47,384 nucleotides of DNA, taken from Octopus sinensis. Taxonomy: Eukaryota. Below the pieces are notes generated by a model. It saw nothing but the letters and a program-made list of their open reading frames with translations, did no database searches and was not told the DNA's origin. Each line of letters starts with the position of its first letter. Position 1 is the stretch's first letter. Position numbers and translations under genes: made by a program. The stretch lies in contig NW_021834538.1 in the NCBI RefSeq assembly GCF_006345805.1, forward strand, positions 1-47,384, written 5' to 3'. Shown in pieces: positions 36,096 through 47,384 of the stretch.

Positions 36096-36688
36096 GGTCG
36101 GCCCGAGGCTATAGTAGGACTGAACCCGGAACCTTGTGGTTGGGAAGCAAGCTTCTAACCACATATATATTCTTTTATTCCTTTACACTTTTACTGGTTA
36201 CAGTCACTTGATTGCAGCGATGCTGGAGCACCGCCTATAGTAGAACAAATCGACCCCCAGGACTTATTCTCTGTAAGCCCAGAACTTATTCTATCGGCCC
36301 CTTTTGCCGAACCGCTAAGTTGTGGGGACGTAAACACCCCAAGATCGGTTGGGAGGCGAAAGTGGGGGACAAACACAGATACACAAATGCATACATACAT
36401 TTATACATACATACACACACACTCATATATATATATATACGACTTGCTTCTTTCAGTTTCCGGCTACCAAATCTACTCACAGGCTCTGTGTGTGTGTGTT
36501 TCTGTGTTTGTATCCCACCACCGCTTGACAACTGGAGTTGATGTGTTTACGTCCCGCTAATCTAGCGGTTCGGCAAAAGAGATTGATAGAATAAGTACTG
36601 GGGTCGATTCATTCAAAAAATTTCCAGGGCGGTGCCCCAGCATGGCCTCACTCTAATGACTGAAACAAGTAAAACATAAAGGATAAAA
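36096..36688. mobile_element. Rearranged cluster of SINE family A pieces: minus head fragment 36096-36162, minus body/tail 36170-36484, plus tail 36485-36688
   Basis: Each piece matches family A. Confidence 0.8.
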
Positions 36689-36729
36689 TTTACTAATATA
36701 CTTTTCAATTATCCTCCTGCCCCGCCAGC

Positions 36730-36960
36730 TGTTGCTGTAGTAGTAGTAGTAGTAGTAGCAGCAGCAGTAGTGGTGGTGGTGGTGGTGATGATAATGATAG
36801 TAGTAGTGGCGTTGTTGTTGTTGTTGGTGGTGGCGGTGTTGGTGATGGTGATAGTAGTGGTAGTAGTGGTGGTGGTAGTAGTAGTGGGGTCATGTTGTTG
36901 TTGTTGTTGTTGTTGTTGTTCTTCTTCTTCTTCTTCTTCTTCTTCTCTTCGTCTTCTCTA
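36730..36960. repeat. Mixed trinucleotide repeats (GTA/GTG/GTT/CTT)n
   Basis: Read directly. Confidence 0.95.
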
Positions 36961-38010
36961 TCTGCTCCTCCTCTTCCGCCCCCACCTTGTTTCGTTATCT
37001 TTATCTCTTCAAAGAAGATAATGAACATTGAGGTGTCTGATAATGTTAGATGTCTGTGTGTCTCGTTATACATACATGCACAAACATACATACATACATA
37101 CATACATACATACATACATACATACATACATACATACATACGTACATGCATACATACTTACACACAAACACACACTACATATACATATATATATATATAC
37201 ACACATATTTGTATAGATATGTATATATATATATACATATACACAGTCATACACACATATATATATATATACACATGTATGACGACTGTGTGTAGGAGGG
37301 AAGTTGAGACATATGGAAGAGTTTATTTACAAGGGGGGGGGGGTTGAAGAGGGGTAGATAGGAGGAGGGCAGTTTCGTATGGACATATTTTGTATGTTTG
37401 GGGGTGGATATTTGAATAGACGCTGAGTGTTCGCGGCGGGGTGAAGGCATACTCGTGTGCATTTCCTCTTGTATGTATGGTTTTAATTTTTGTTGTTGTT
37501 GTTGTTGTTGTTGCTGCATCTGCTGTTGTTGTAGTTGCTTTTGTCGTTGTTGTTGATGTTGTTGTTGTTGTTTACCGATTCTTGTCTGCTGTGGTGTGCG
37601 CACGATTCTGTTTCTGAAGGATTTGGTAAAAACCAGATGCAAAAAAAAAAAAAATAGCTGTTAAGAAGAGGTGGGGTAGAAAGTTGGAATTAGAAGAGGA
37701 CACGGGACTGAGCGGGATGTGGGGTGTGGGTGATGGTGCTTTGAGGGGGTTGCGAAGACACAGATGACATGGAATAGGGAGAGGTTGTGAGGGATGGGAA
37801 CTCGTAGATACATACATACATATGTATGAATGTATGTAAGCATAAACACATACACCCACGCAAACATATATGTGCGTATATACCTACCCAGTTAACACCC
37901 CAACATACATACATGCACACACACATGCATGCATACATTCACACATATATGCACACACACATACATACATACATACATACATACATACATACATACATGC
38001 ATGCATACAA

Positions 38011-38053
<43 letters not shown>

Positions 38054-38266
38054 AACGTATGTATGTGTGTGTATATATATATATATATTTATGAATGTAT
38101 GTATGTGTATATATATATCTTTATGTATGTATATATGTATATATATATATATATATATACATATACGTTTGTATGTCCATATATATATCCATATATGTAT
38201 ATGTGTCTATATGTATGTATGTATATATATACATATATATATCTTCTCATAAACACCATACGCACA

Positions 38267-38337
<71 letters not shown>

Positions 38338-38564
38338 GTTTGTGTGTGTATTTGTGCTGCATAAAAAGGCAAAAAAGGGAGTAAAAGAGGAAGTAAAACA
38401 GAAATAATGATGAGAACGAAAAGGTGTATCGATGAAAGCAAAGAAGAAGAAAGAACGAGAGAGAAAAGTTGGAAGGAAAGAAACGAGAAAACATGAAAAG
38501 CATAGGGCACATGAAAAATACCAGTTAATGATAAAACGCCACATCGTAAGACAAAAAATGAAAA

Positions 38565-38584
38565 GAGACGATGATGAAGAAGAT

Positions 38585-38628
<44 letters not shown>

Positions 38629-39100
38629 TATGGTGGTGGTTGTGGTAGCCGTAGAAGTAGTAGGTGGTGATGTTGGTGGAGAAAAAATAAGAGGAATAGA
38701 TGATGATGATGATGATGATGATGAAGAAAATGAAGAAGCAGCAGAAGAAAAGGAAAAGGAAGAAGAAGAAGAAAGTGAAGTAGAAGAAAATGAAGGAAAA
38801 AAGAAGAAAAGGAAGAAGAAGAAGAAGAAGAAGAAGAAGAAGAAGAAGAAGAAGAAGAAGAAGAAGAAGAAGAAGAAGAAGAAGAAGAAGGAAAAGAAGA
38901 AGGAGAAGAAAATGAAGAAAATGAAGAAACAGCAGAAGAAAATGAAAAGGAAGAAGAAAATGAAGAAATAGAAGAAAAAGAAGGAAATGAAGAAAAAGAA
39001 GAAGCAGAAGAAAATGAAGGAAAAGAAGGAGGAGAAGAAGAAGAAGAATGAAGAAGAAGAAGAAGAAGAAGAAGAAGAAGAAGAAGAAGAAGAGGACTAA
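38565..39100. repeat. (GTA)n/(GAT)n/(GAA)n trinucleotide array
   Basis: Read directly; source of the poly-K/E/L/S ORFs. Confidence 0.97.
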
Positions 39101-39644
39101 GCAAAAAAACAAAAAGAAAACCAAAACAAAAGCGAAGCGAACATCCTCGACCAAAAATTCGAAAGATGCTGAATAAAAAAAAAAGAACCCCAAAACCAAA
39201 GGAAATTGCTGTCTGTACACTTTAAAATGAAGATGTATTTAAATTGCCAAAGATAGACATATCGCGATCGGTTTGTATTGTCACTGTTTTTGGCTAGACT
39301 TCTGTGCCGAATGCATTTCTTACCCCTCCAGCCCTTGTCTTCTGAGTGACGTCGCTAACACCTTCTCGACTAACACCCCTACTTAACTTTATTTTTTTCT
39401 TCATCTATACTTTGTTTAGCTTCTACCATCCATCTCTCCATCCATCCATCCATCCATAGCACAGCCGTGTATAAACTCGTTCGTTCAGGAGACTCGAACT
39501 TACAAACCTTGTTCTCATCCATCATAACTGTTTAGTTCTGGAGAATTTCATTGGTGACACTTACCATACCAGCGTTCGCCTTAACTACACTCACCTTTCA
39601 CTTCTATCCAGCAGTTTGCCTCGGTTTTCATGAGGTATGCATGC

Positions 39645-40010
39645 AATGTATGTATGTATGTATGTATGTATGTATGTATGTATGTATGTATGTATGTATG
39701 TATGTATGCACTCATGTATGTATGTGTATGCATGTATGCATGTATGCATGTATATATGTTCGTATGTATGTATGCACGTATGTATGTATGTATGTATGCA
39801 TGTATGTATGAATGTATGTATGTATGCACGCATGTATGTGTGTATGCATGTATGTATGCACGTATGTATGCATGTATGCACGAATGTATGGATGTATGTA
39901 TGCACGTATGTATGCATGTATGCACGTATGCACGTATGTATGTATGTATGTATGTATGCACGTATATATTTGTGTATGTATGTATGTATGTATGCACGTA
40001 TGTACGCATG
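39645..40010. repeat. (TATG)n with TGCA/CACG variants
   Basis: Read directly. Confidence 0.96.
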
Positions 40011-41255
40011 TATAATTATGTATGTGTGTATAAGTATGTTCGCGTGCATATCTCATATATGTATGCAGTTAATACACGCACACATACGCGCGCGCACTTA
40101 TATAAACACACATACACACACACACACACACATACGTATAAAGGCATACCCACACATGGATGCATATAGGCACAACCAAAAACACACACACACACACATA
40201 CACTCGTGCGCATGCGTGTGTGAATATGTTTTTCTGTATGTATATATTTTTGTGTTCGAATGCCAAAAAATGCATATACGTATGTCTTTTAATGTATGTG
40301 TGCAAACATGTATGCACGCATACATGTTTCTGTGTATAGTTCTACATAAATATACATGTATGGACGTACGTTTGTTTGTTATTATATAATATATGCATGT
40401 ATGTATATGTGTGCGTGTATGTACGTACATACGTACGTACGTACATACGTACGTACGTACGTACATATACGTATGTACGTACACATGTATGTATATAGAT
40501 ATGTAAGTATAACTAATTTCTTCCCTGCTGAGTTGCTTATGCACTGAAGTAAACGCAAACACAAATACACACTTAAACGCACAAGCATACACACGCACGC
40601 ACACACACACACACACACCACACACACACACACACAACACACACACACACACGTCTCTTGGATAGTGTGTTCAGCGATGTGGAAAATATATTGCAAACAA
40701 ATCTGTCAGAATAGGCTTGATTCGAAATCCAGTTGATTTGCCAATCTTAGAATTTACGGGCCTTCTTTATTTCGTCCTCATCCTTTAAAAAGGGAGCAGC
40801 TGTTAGGGGCGAGATTGTACCTTTTTTTTTGTTTTTTTGTTTTTGCTAAACCTATCTATATACGTTTTTATTCTTTGCTCTTCGTTTTGGTCGGACGAGA
40901 GGCGCCAATACAAATCTGTCTGTCCGTCTGTCCGTCTCCGCGTAATATTCTTTTAATATTTTGTGTCAAATAGAAACGAAAATATAATAGAATAGAAATA
41001 TTTTTTCTTAAAAATTTTTGTTGTTGCATGTTACATTTTTTAGGTGATTAACACACACACACACACACATATTTACGCTCGCGCAAATGCGTACATATAT
41101 ATATATATATATGTATATATATGCCTGTATATGTGCAAATTATATGAATGATTATATACATGCATACATACATACACACACGCGTATATATTTGTATGTA
41201 TGTATATATATGTATGTAGATATATGTATATGTATACGCACACACACACACATAA

Positions 41256-41462
41256 GCGCAGGCGTGGCTGTGTAGTGGTACGTAGTTTGCTTATCAACCA
41301 CATAGTTCAGGGTTCAGTCCCACTGCGTGGCACCTTGGGTAAGTGCCTTCTACTATAGCCTCGGGCCGACCAAAGTGTTGTGAATGGATTTGGTAGACGG
41401 AAACTGAAAGAAGTTCGTCGTGTATATATATATACATATATATAATATAATATATATAATAT

Positions 41463-41522
<60 letters not shown>

Positions 41523-41904
41523 AACATTACGTTATATAATTAGGGTTCAGTAAAATAATTTACTTTACTACACACCGACTTTCAGAAATTGCAGCCAAAA
41601 AATCTTAGCTTTTTCCTCTACTATAAGAAAAGTCTCCCATACAATGTATACTCAAAAATAATTCACGCAGGTATAGAGGGAAAAATAACAAAAGATCACA
41701 CGTACATCGATTACTTGAGAACGCCGTTTCTGGATTAGTTGGATATAGAGATCAACATTTCCGTCATCAGCTCAAGATTTTTCTTTAGATTTGGATTTAA
41801 ATATAGCGTAAATGGTCTTTTTACATACTGAACACTATTTGGTAAAATTGATTAATAATCAATTAATTTTACCCTTTTATTATTGACTATATATATATAA
41901 TGTG

Positions 41905-41963
<59 letters not shown>

Positions 41964-42179
41964 TGTGTGTGTGCTTGTGTATGTTTGTGTCTCTCTATTC
42001 ATCCCCCCACCATCGCTTGACAACCGATGCTGGTGTGTTTACGTCCCCGTAAACGTAGCGGTTCGGCTAAAGATAAAATAAGTACTAGTCTTACAAAGAA
42101 TAAGCCTTTGGGTTGATTTATTCGACGAAAGGCGGTGCTCCAGCATGGCCGCAGTCAAATGACAAACAAGTAAAAGAGT
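41256..42179 (+). mobile_element. SINE family A split (5' half 41256-41422, 3' half ~41978-42179) by an insert in its (TA)n linker
   Basis: Both halves match family A in the plus orientation. Confidence 0.82.
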
Positions 42180-42222
42180 ATATATATATATACATATGCG
42201 TATATATACATATGCTCACGCA

Positions 42223-42293
<71 letters not shown>

Positions 42294-42770
42294 ATGTCTG
42301 TGCGTGCGTGCGCGTAGCAGTTGAACAAAAAAGAAAAAGAATAACACCTGAACATAATCGGAAAAAAATGACAGACCAGTAAAGAATGCGAACGTTCAGT
42401 CTTCAATTCACTGACGATTACAAGCAGCAAATTCTTCAGTAAATGTTTTGGTATACAAAAATGTTTTCGTATACAAAAATAGTAAAACAAACAAAGAAAC
42501 AGATAAAAAAAAACAAGCGAACAAACATATAAATACACAAATATATGAACGTCAGAATTTCAAATTCTCCCTCCACAACGTTTAGCTTATAAAAATCGCG
42601 TAAGGAAAGTGTCCTGTCTTGAGATATTCTTGCCAATGGGATGTCTTTTAACAGCAAATACAGATATATCAAATATTATACATTTCCCTTACGCAGTATT
42701 TTGTTTAATTTATGCAAAACAATTGGGTAATAAGTACGGTCTACTTTTTCTGTATATTTCTGTGTGTAGA

Positions 42771-43256
42771 GGCGGAATGGCCCAGTGGTTAGGGTAAACT
42801 GGAACCCTCGTCGTCGTAATCGACGGAGTGCCACGATGTGTTTATGTCTTTTGGTTGATGGATGAAAGCAAAGTCGGCTTCGGCGGCATTTCCATTCAGA
42901 CTGCAAAGACGGACCAAATTTCGCTAAGCATTTAATCCTGGGCGTTGTGTGTGTTTATTGAGCGAAAACACCTAAAGCTTCACGAGGCTCCGGCAGGGGG
43001 TGGTGACGAACCCTGCTCTACTCTTTCACCGCAACTTTCTCTCACTCTTCTTCCTGTTTCTGTTCTACCTGTATTTCAAAGGGCCAGCCCTTATCACACA
43101 CTGTGTCACGCTGAATCTCCCCGAGAACTACGTTAAGGGTACACGTGTCTGTCGTGTGCTCAGCCACTTGCGCGTTAATTTCGTGAGCAGGCTGTTCCGT
43201 TGATCAGATCAACTGGAACCCACGTCGTCGTAATCGACGGAGTGCCACGATGTGTT
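42771..43256 (+). mobile_element. SINE with family F head and middle and an alternative tail; head interrupted by templated insertions
   Basis: ggcggaatggcccagtggttaggg...[insert]...gggcgttgtgtgtgtttattgagcgaaaacacc...gacggagtgccac. Confidence 0.8.
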
Positions 43257-43520
43257 TATGTCTTTTGGTTGCTGGATAATTATTGTTCTGATGAAGCCTA
43301 TTGAAGCAGGAACACGTTCATGATTGCCCCTTTTCTCCAATCAGTAAGACGATAAGCGTTACGGGATTTCTTTGGCTGTTTATGTTCTGTGTTCAAACCC
43401 TGTTAAGTTCAGCTTCGCCTTTCATCACTCTGGGGGTTAATAAATTAAAATATCAGTTAAGTAATGAGTCATTGGTAGCCATTAATTTCCTACCAGCCAA
43501 AATGGCTGGCCTTGTGCCTT

Positions 43521-44055
43521 GATAATAATAATCCTTTCTACTAAAGGGATAAAGCCAGAAATTTGGCGGGAGGGGACTAGTCGATTACATCGACTCAGTG
43601 TTTCACCGGTACTTAATTTATCGACCCCGAAAGGATGAAATATAAAGTCGACCTCGGCGGAATTTGAACTCAGAACGTAGCGACGGGCGAGATACCGTTA
43701 AGTATTTCGTCCAGCGCACTAACCAATCTGCCAAATCCTTTTTAGTACTCAACTGGTACTTATTTTATTGAGCCCAAAAGGATGAAAGCAAAGTCGGCTT
43801 CGGTGGCATTTCCATTCAGAGTGCAAAGACGGACCAAATTTCGCTAAGCATTTAATCCAGGATGCTAACGATTCTGCGAGCTTGCCGCTTTGTACTAATT
43901 AAATTCAAATTTTGGCACAATGCCACCAATTTAGCGAGAGGGAGCTAATGACATCGAGCCCGATAGGATAAAAGGCAAAGTCGACCTGGGCGGAATTTGA
44001 ACGCAGAACGTAAAGATGAACAAAATGCCGCGAAGCATTTTGTCCGGCGTGCTAT
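43521..44055 (-). mobile_element. Three head-to-tail SINE family B copies (~43521-43738, 43745-43890, 43905-44055)
   Basis: Three successive aaagtcg(a/g)c(c/t)t...ggc.g(a/c)attt blocks with family B flanks. Confidence 0.8.
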
Positions 44056-44147
44056 GACCTTATAGGCTATTGTAGAAGCCTATAAAGAGTCAAGCAGTGG
44101 GACTGAACCCAGAACCATAGCTGAAAGAATTATTAGATCTTTAATTA

Positions 44148-44375
44148 AGGCGGCGAGCTGGCAGAATCATTAGCACGCCCGAGAAAAATGCTTTCCAGCA
44201 TTTCTTCCAGTTTTACGTTTTGAGTTCAAATTCCGCCGAGATCAACTTTGGTTTGAATTTTTGCGGGGTGGGTAAAATAAGTACTAGCTGAGCTTTTGGG
44301 TCGATCTCATCGACTTACCCGACCATCCCCGAGAGTAATTCAGACCTTATGCTTATTGTGCGAAGAATTACTAAA
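44148..44375 (+). mobile_element. SINE family B
   Basis: ggcggcgagctggcagaatcattagcacg...gagttcaaattccgccgag. Confidence 0.88.
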
Positions 44376-44489
44376 TCTTTACTTTAATTCATCTTTCTTT
44401 ACCTGTCACCCTTTTCATCACAATCCCCGTTTCCCATAACTTCTGAAAGCCTTATTTGTTTTCTTAAAGCCTGATCCAATACCAACACC

Positions 44490-44693
44490 ACAACCACCAC
44501 CATTATCGACATCATCGCCACCACCTTCACTACCATCATCACTACGACGGCGACAACGACGACAACCACCACCACCACCACCACCACAACCACCAAAAGC
44601 AGCAGAGAACTCCAACCACCGCCCAAACCAGTCAGCTAACTCCTGACACGACCATCACCACAATCAGAATCACCATCATCGCCATCAAAATTA

Positions 44694-44724
<31 letters not shown>

Positions 44725-44800
44725 TATACCACTGCTACCGCACTGCACCACCACCACCACCACCACCACCACCACCACTTCAACTACTGCCAGCACTGCC
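44490..44800. repeat. (ACC)n/(GCC)n-rich trinucleotide array
   Basis: Read directly. Confidence 0.9.
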
Positions 44801-44964
44801 ATTCGGATATTATGTTACCACCAACCATTACGGCCGACACTATCACCATATTTGTCGCTTACACAACGCTGTTCTCCCCTTCCCTTGGTATCAGTCACAC
44901 TCACTATACCACCACATTTCCCTCACACTAACACTCTTGCACCCTTCTCATTTTATCAGAAAAT

Positions 44965-45135
44965 AGTCACCCCCACCCCAGGGGCCCGTTATAGATTTTT
45001 ATTGAAATCCAATTGAATTGGATGTTAGGTTAACATATATGCAAAGTTTCGTGAAGATTGGTTCACTGGTGTAGGCAGCAAAATGGTAACAGACAGATCG
45101 ACTGGCAGAAATTGCCATTTATGTATAATATATAA
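44965..45135 (-). mobile_element. Probable Helitron-like fragment
   Basis: Minus strand ...tatacataaatggc...tctgtctgttac...ccaatcttcacgaaactttgc resembles non-autonomous Helitron 5' regions. Confidence 0.4.
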
Positions 45136-45143
45136 TATATATA

Positions 45144-45520
45144 GGCGTGATTGTGTGGTAAGAAGCAGGCTTCCCAACCACGTGGCTCCAAGATCAGACC
45201 CACTATGTGGCACCATGGACAAACGACTTCTACTATAGCCTAGGGCTGAGCCTTGTGAGTGGATTTGGTAGAAGCCCGTCGTATATATGGATATATTTAT
45301 GTATGTGTGTCTGTGTCTGTTTCTCCCCCCCCCATCCCATCGCTTGACAACCGATGTTGGTGTGTTTGCATCCCCGAAACTTAGCGGTTCGGTAAAAGAG
45401 TCCGATAGAATAAGTACCAAGCTTAAAAAATAAGTTTTGTGGTCGATTCATTCGACTAAAAATTGAAGGCGGTGCCCCAATATGGCCGTAGTCAAATAAC
45501 TGAAACGGTAAAGCGAAAGA
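45144..45520 (+). mobile_element. SINE family A
   Basis: ggcgtgattgtgtggtaagaagc...aaggcggtgccccaatatggccgtagtcaaataactgaaac. Confidence 0.87.
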
Positions 45521-45521
45521 T

Positions 45522-45559
<38 letters not shown>

Positions 45560-45569
45560 TTACATATAA

Positions 45570-45757
45570 GAGACCAAAGCGTACGTACACTGCTCCTTGT
45601 TTCGCTCCTTGTTTTTTTCTGTGAATCTTTCTGTCCAAGAGCGTAGGCTCGAAAGTAAATACTTTTTCTATTTCTATTCCTGAGCGCTATACTAATACTT
45701 TGTTTTGTTTGTACTCTCCACCTGCCTTCGCCTTTTGTTTATTTTCTAAACCTTCCG

Positions 45758-45760
<3 letters not shown>
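45570..45760 (+). mobile_element. Family E repeat with hammerhead-like core (plus orientation)
   Basis: tctttCTGTCCAagagcgtaggctcGAAAgtaaatac, followed by tttttctatttc...gagcg...tttgtac; inverse of 17495-17610. Confidence 0.55.
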
Positions 45761-45805
<45 letters not shown>

Positions 45806-46189
45806 CATATCGTTTTTTATCAGTGAAACTCGAAGTAGTCAAAGCTATAAATAATATAGCATGTAAATACTGGATTGAGCAAAATAAATAAATAAATAAA
45901 TAAATAAAAGATGGGTGAAAAAAGTTGAAGGCTTACAAATAGATGTGATTATAGTGGTAGAATAAATGTGAAACGGAGAGTGTGAACAAAAACTAGGACG
46001 AAGAGAGAGGATAGAAAGATAGAGATACAGAAGAAGAAGGGTGGAAAAAAATCTATATTTTTCACTATAATGGTCGTCCATACAATCGGGCTAATTCAGT
46101 CGCGTTTCACCTGTGAATAAACCTGATTGTGAATGATTCAGTCCCTTTACCACTGATTGGAGCATCTTAAACCCTGGAACACTCTCCAG

Positions 46190-46275
46190 GAACTGACTCA
46201 AGCGCACACATACATACATACATACATACACCATACATATACATACATACATATATACATACCTACATACTATAC

Positions 46276-46318
<43 letters not shown>

Positions 46319-47130
46319 CACACACACATACATACTATATATTATATATGTTGTGTGTGTATGTGTAGGTATATATATATATGTGTATATATATATTATA
46401 TATATATATATCAACATATACATACATATTTATTTGGAATCTGTCTCTCATTCTCTTGCGCTCTCTCCCTCTCTCTGGTCCCGATGCTCTCCTTGTCTTA
46501 TACTCTCACTCCTCTCTCTCTGTCTCTCTCTCTGTCTCTCTCTCTCTCTGTCTCTCTGTCTCTCTCTCTCGCTATGCTTTTCTCTCTTTCTCGCTATTCT
46601 TTTCTTCTCCTCCGCCCTCTCTCTCTCCCTCTCTCTCTCACTTTCTTTTTGTCCTTTCCATCCCTCATTCTTTCTTTCTCTCTGTTTCTGACCCTGACTC
46701 AAATATATAAATATTCGCATTCATTCATTTGCTAACTATTTCTCCCTCTTCCTCTCTCTCATCCTCTCTGTCTCTCTCTGTCTCTCTGTCTCTCTCTGTC
46801 TCTCTCTGTCTCTCTCTCTCTTTCTCTCTGTCTCCATTACAACACACTCAAGTCATCTCAATTCCATTCAACTTCCCTCCTCTCAATCCTCTCACACTCC
46901 CCGTCAACACTCCCATCACCTCACACACCTCACGCCACTTTTCCTTCCCAGGGCGCACTACCATAACGCCACACACACCCATCATCACCTCACGCACACC
47001 ACACACAACAGCACGCACATACTACATACATACATACATACATACATACATACATACATACATTTATTATATATATATTATATATATATATATATATAAT
47101 ATACATACATATAAAATATATATATTATAT
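46190..47130. repeat. (CATA)/(TA)/(TC)/(TCTG)n low-complexity block
   Basis: Read directly. Confidence 0.9.
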
Positions 47131-47384
47131 TATATATACCACACATTATTTGGCAGAGATGTTCAGTGGACGGGTACTGTTGTCCAACTGTGCAAACTAA
47201 TTGCATTGATTGCAGCAGGGTGCATCTTACTGCGACAGTAAACCCTAGTTAATGGTGTGTGAGTTTAAATGCTGCAAGACTGACCAACCGTTCCAACCGG
47301 TACCTGTCGCCCGCCGTCCTCACCACTGTCTGATTTCTGACAGATTCTTCTGTCCTCTTTTCGTATCCTCTCTCTCTCTCTCTC

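Noticed and set aside
40860-40950. (CTGTCCGT) repeat reminiscent of DINE-1/Helentron elements
   Set aside because: No subterminal inverted repeats or 3' stem-loop could be found.

Overview
A eukaryotic, AT-rich, microsatellite-saturated window, apparently intronic or intergenic. The repeat content (tRNA-headed SINE families, RTE/CR1/Tx1/Penelope relics, abundant (TATC)n, (CATA)n, (CA)n and (TA)n) suggests an octopus/coleoid cephalopod genome; this is an inference. No intact host protein-coding gene can be supported, and most ORF-track entries are microsatellite translations. Recognisable content: the 3' half of a decayed Tx1/L1-clade retrotransposon (1-2043), two mariner/Tc1 relics, RTE and CR1-like 3' fragments, a Penelope GIY-YIG remnant, a non-autonomous Helitron, two copies of a ~427-bp MITE with 8-bp TSDs and internal telomere-type repeats, a TTAA-flanked foldback element, and over 25 SINE copies or fragments. 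Most interesting signal: several unrelated short repeat families carry degenerate minimal hammerhead-ribozyme cores (CUGANGA-A-stem II-GAAA-CGU-H), including a two-copy element joining a Pol III tRNA-like head to a hammerhead-bearing, Penelope-like tail. Also notable: a templated-insertion scar inside a SINE, a cluster of RFX X-box/E-box/bZIP motifs, and a diverged local duplication with coding-like conservation. All alignments were done by eye, so ends are approximate unless TSDs are quoted.
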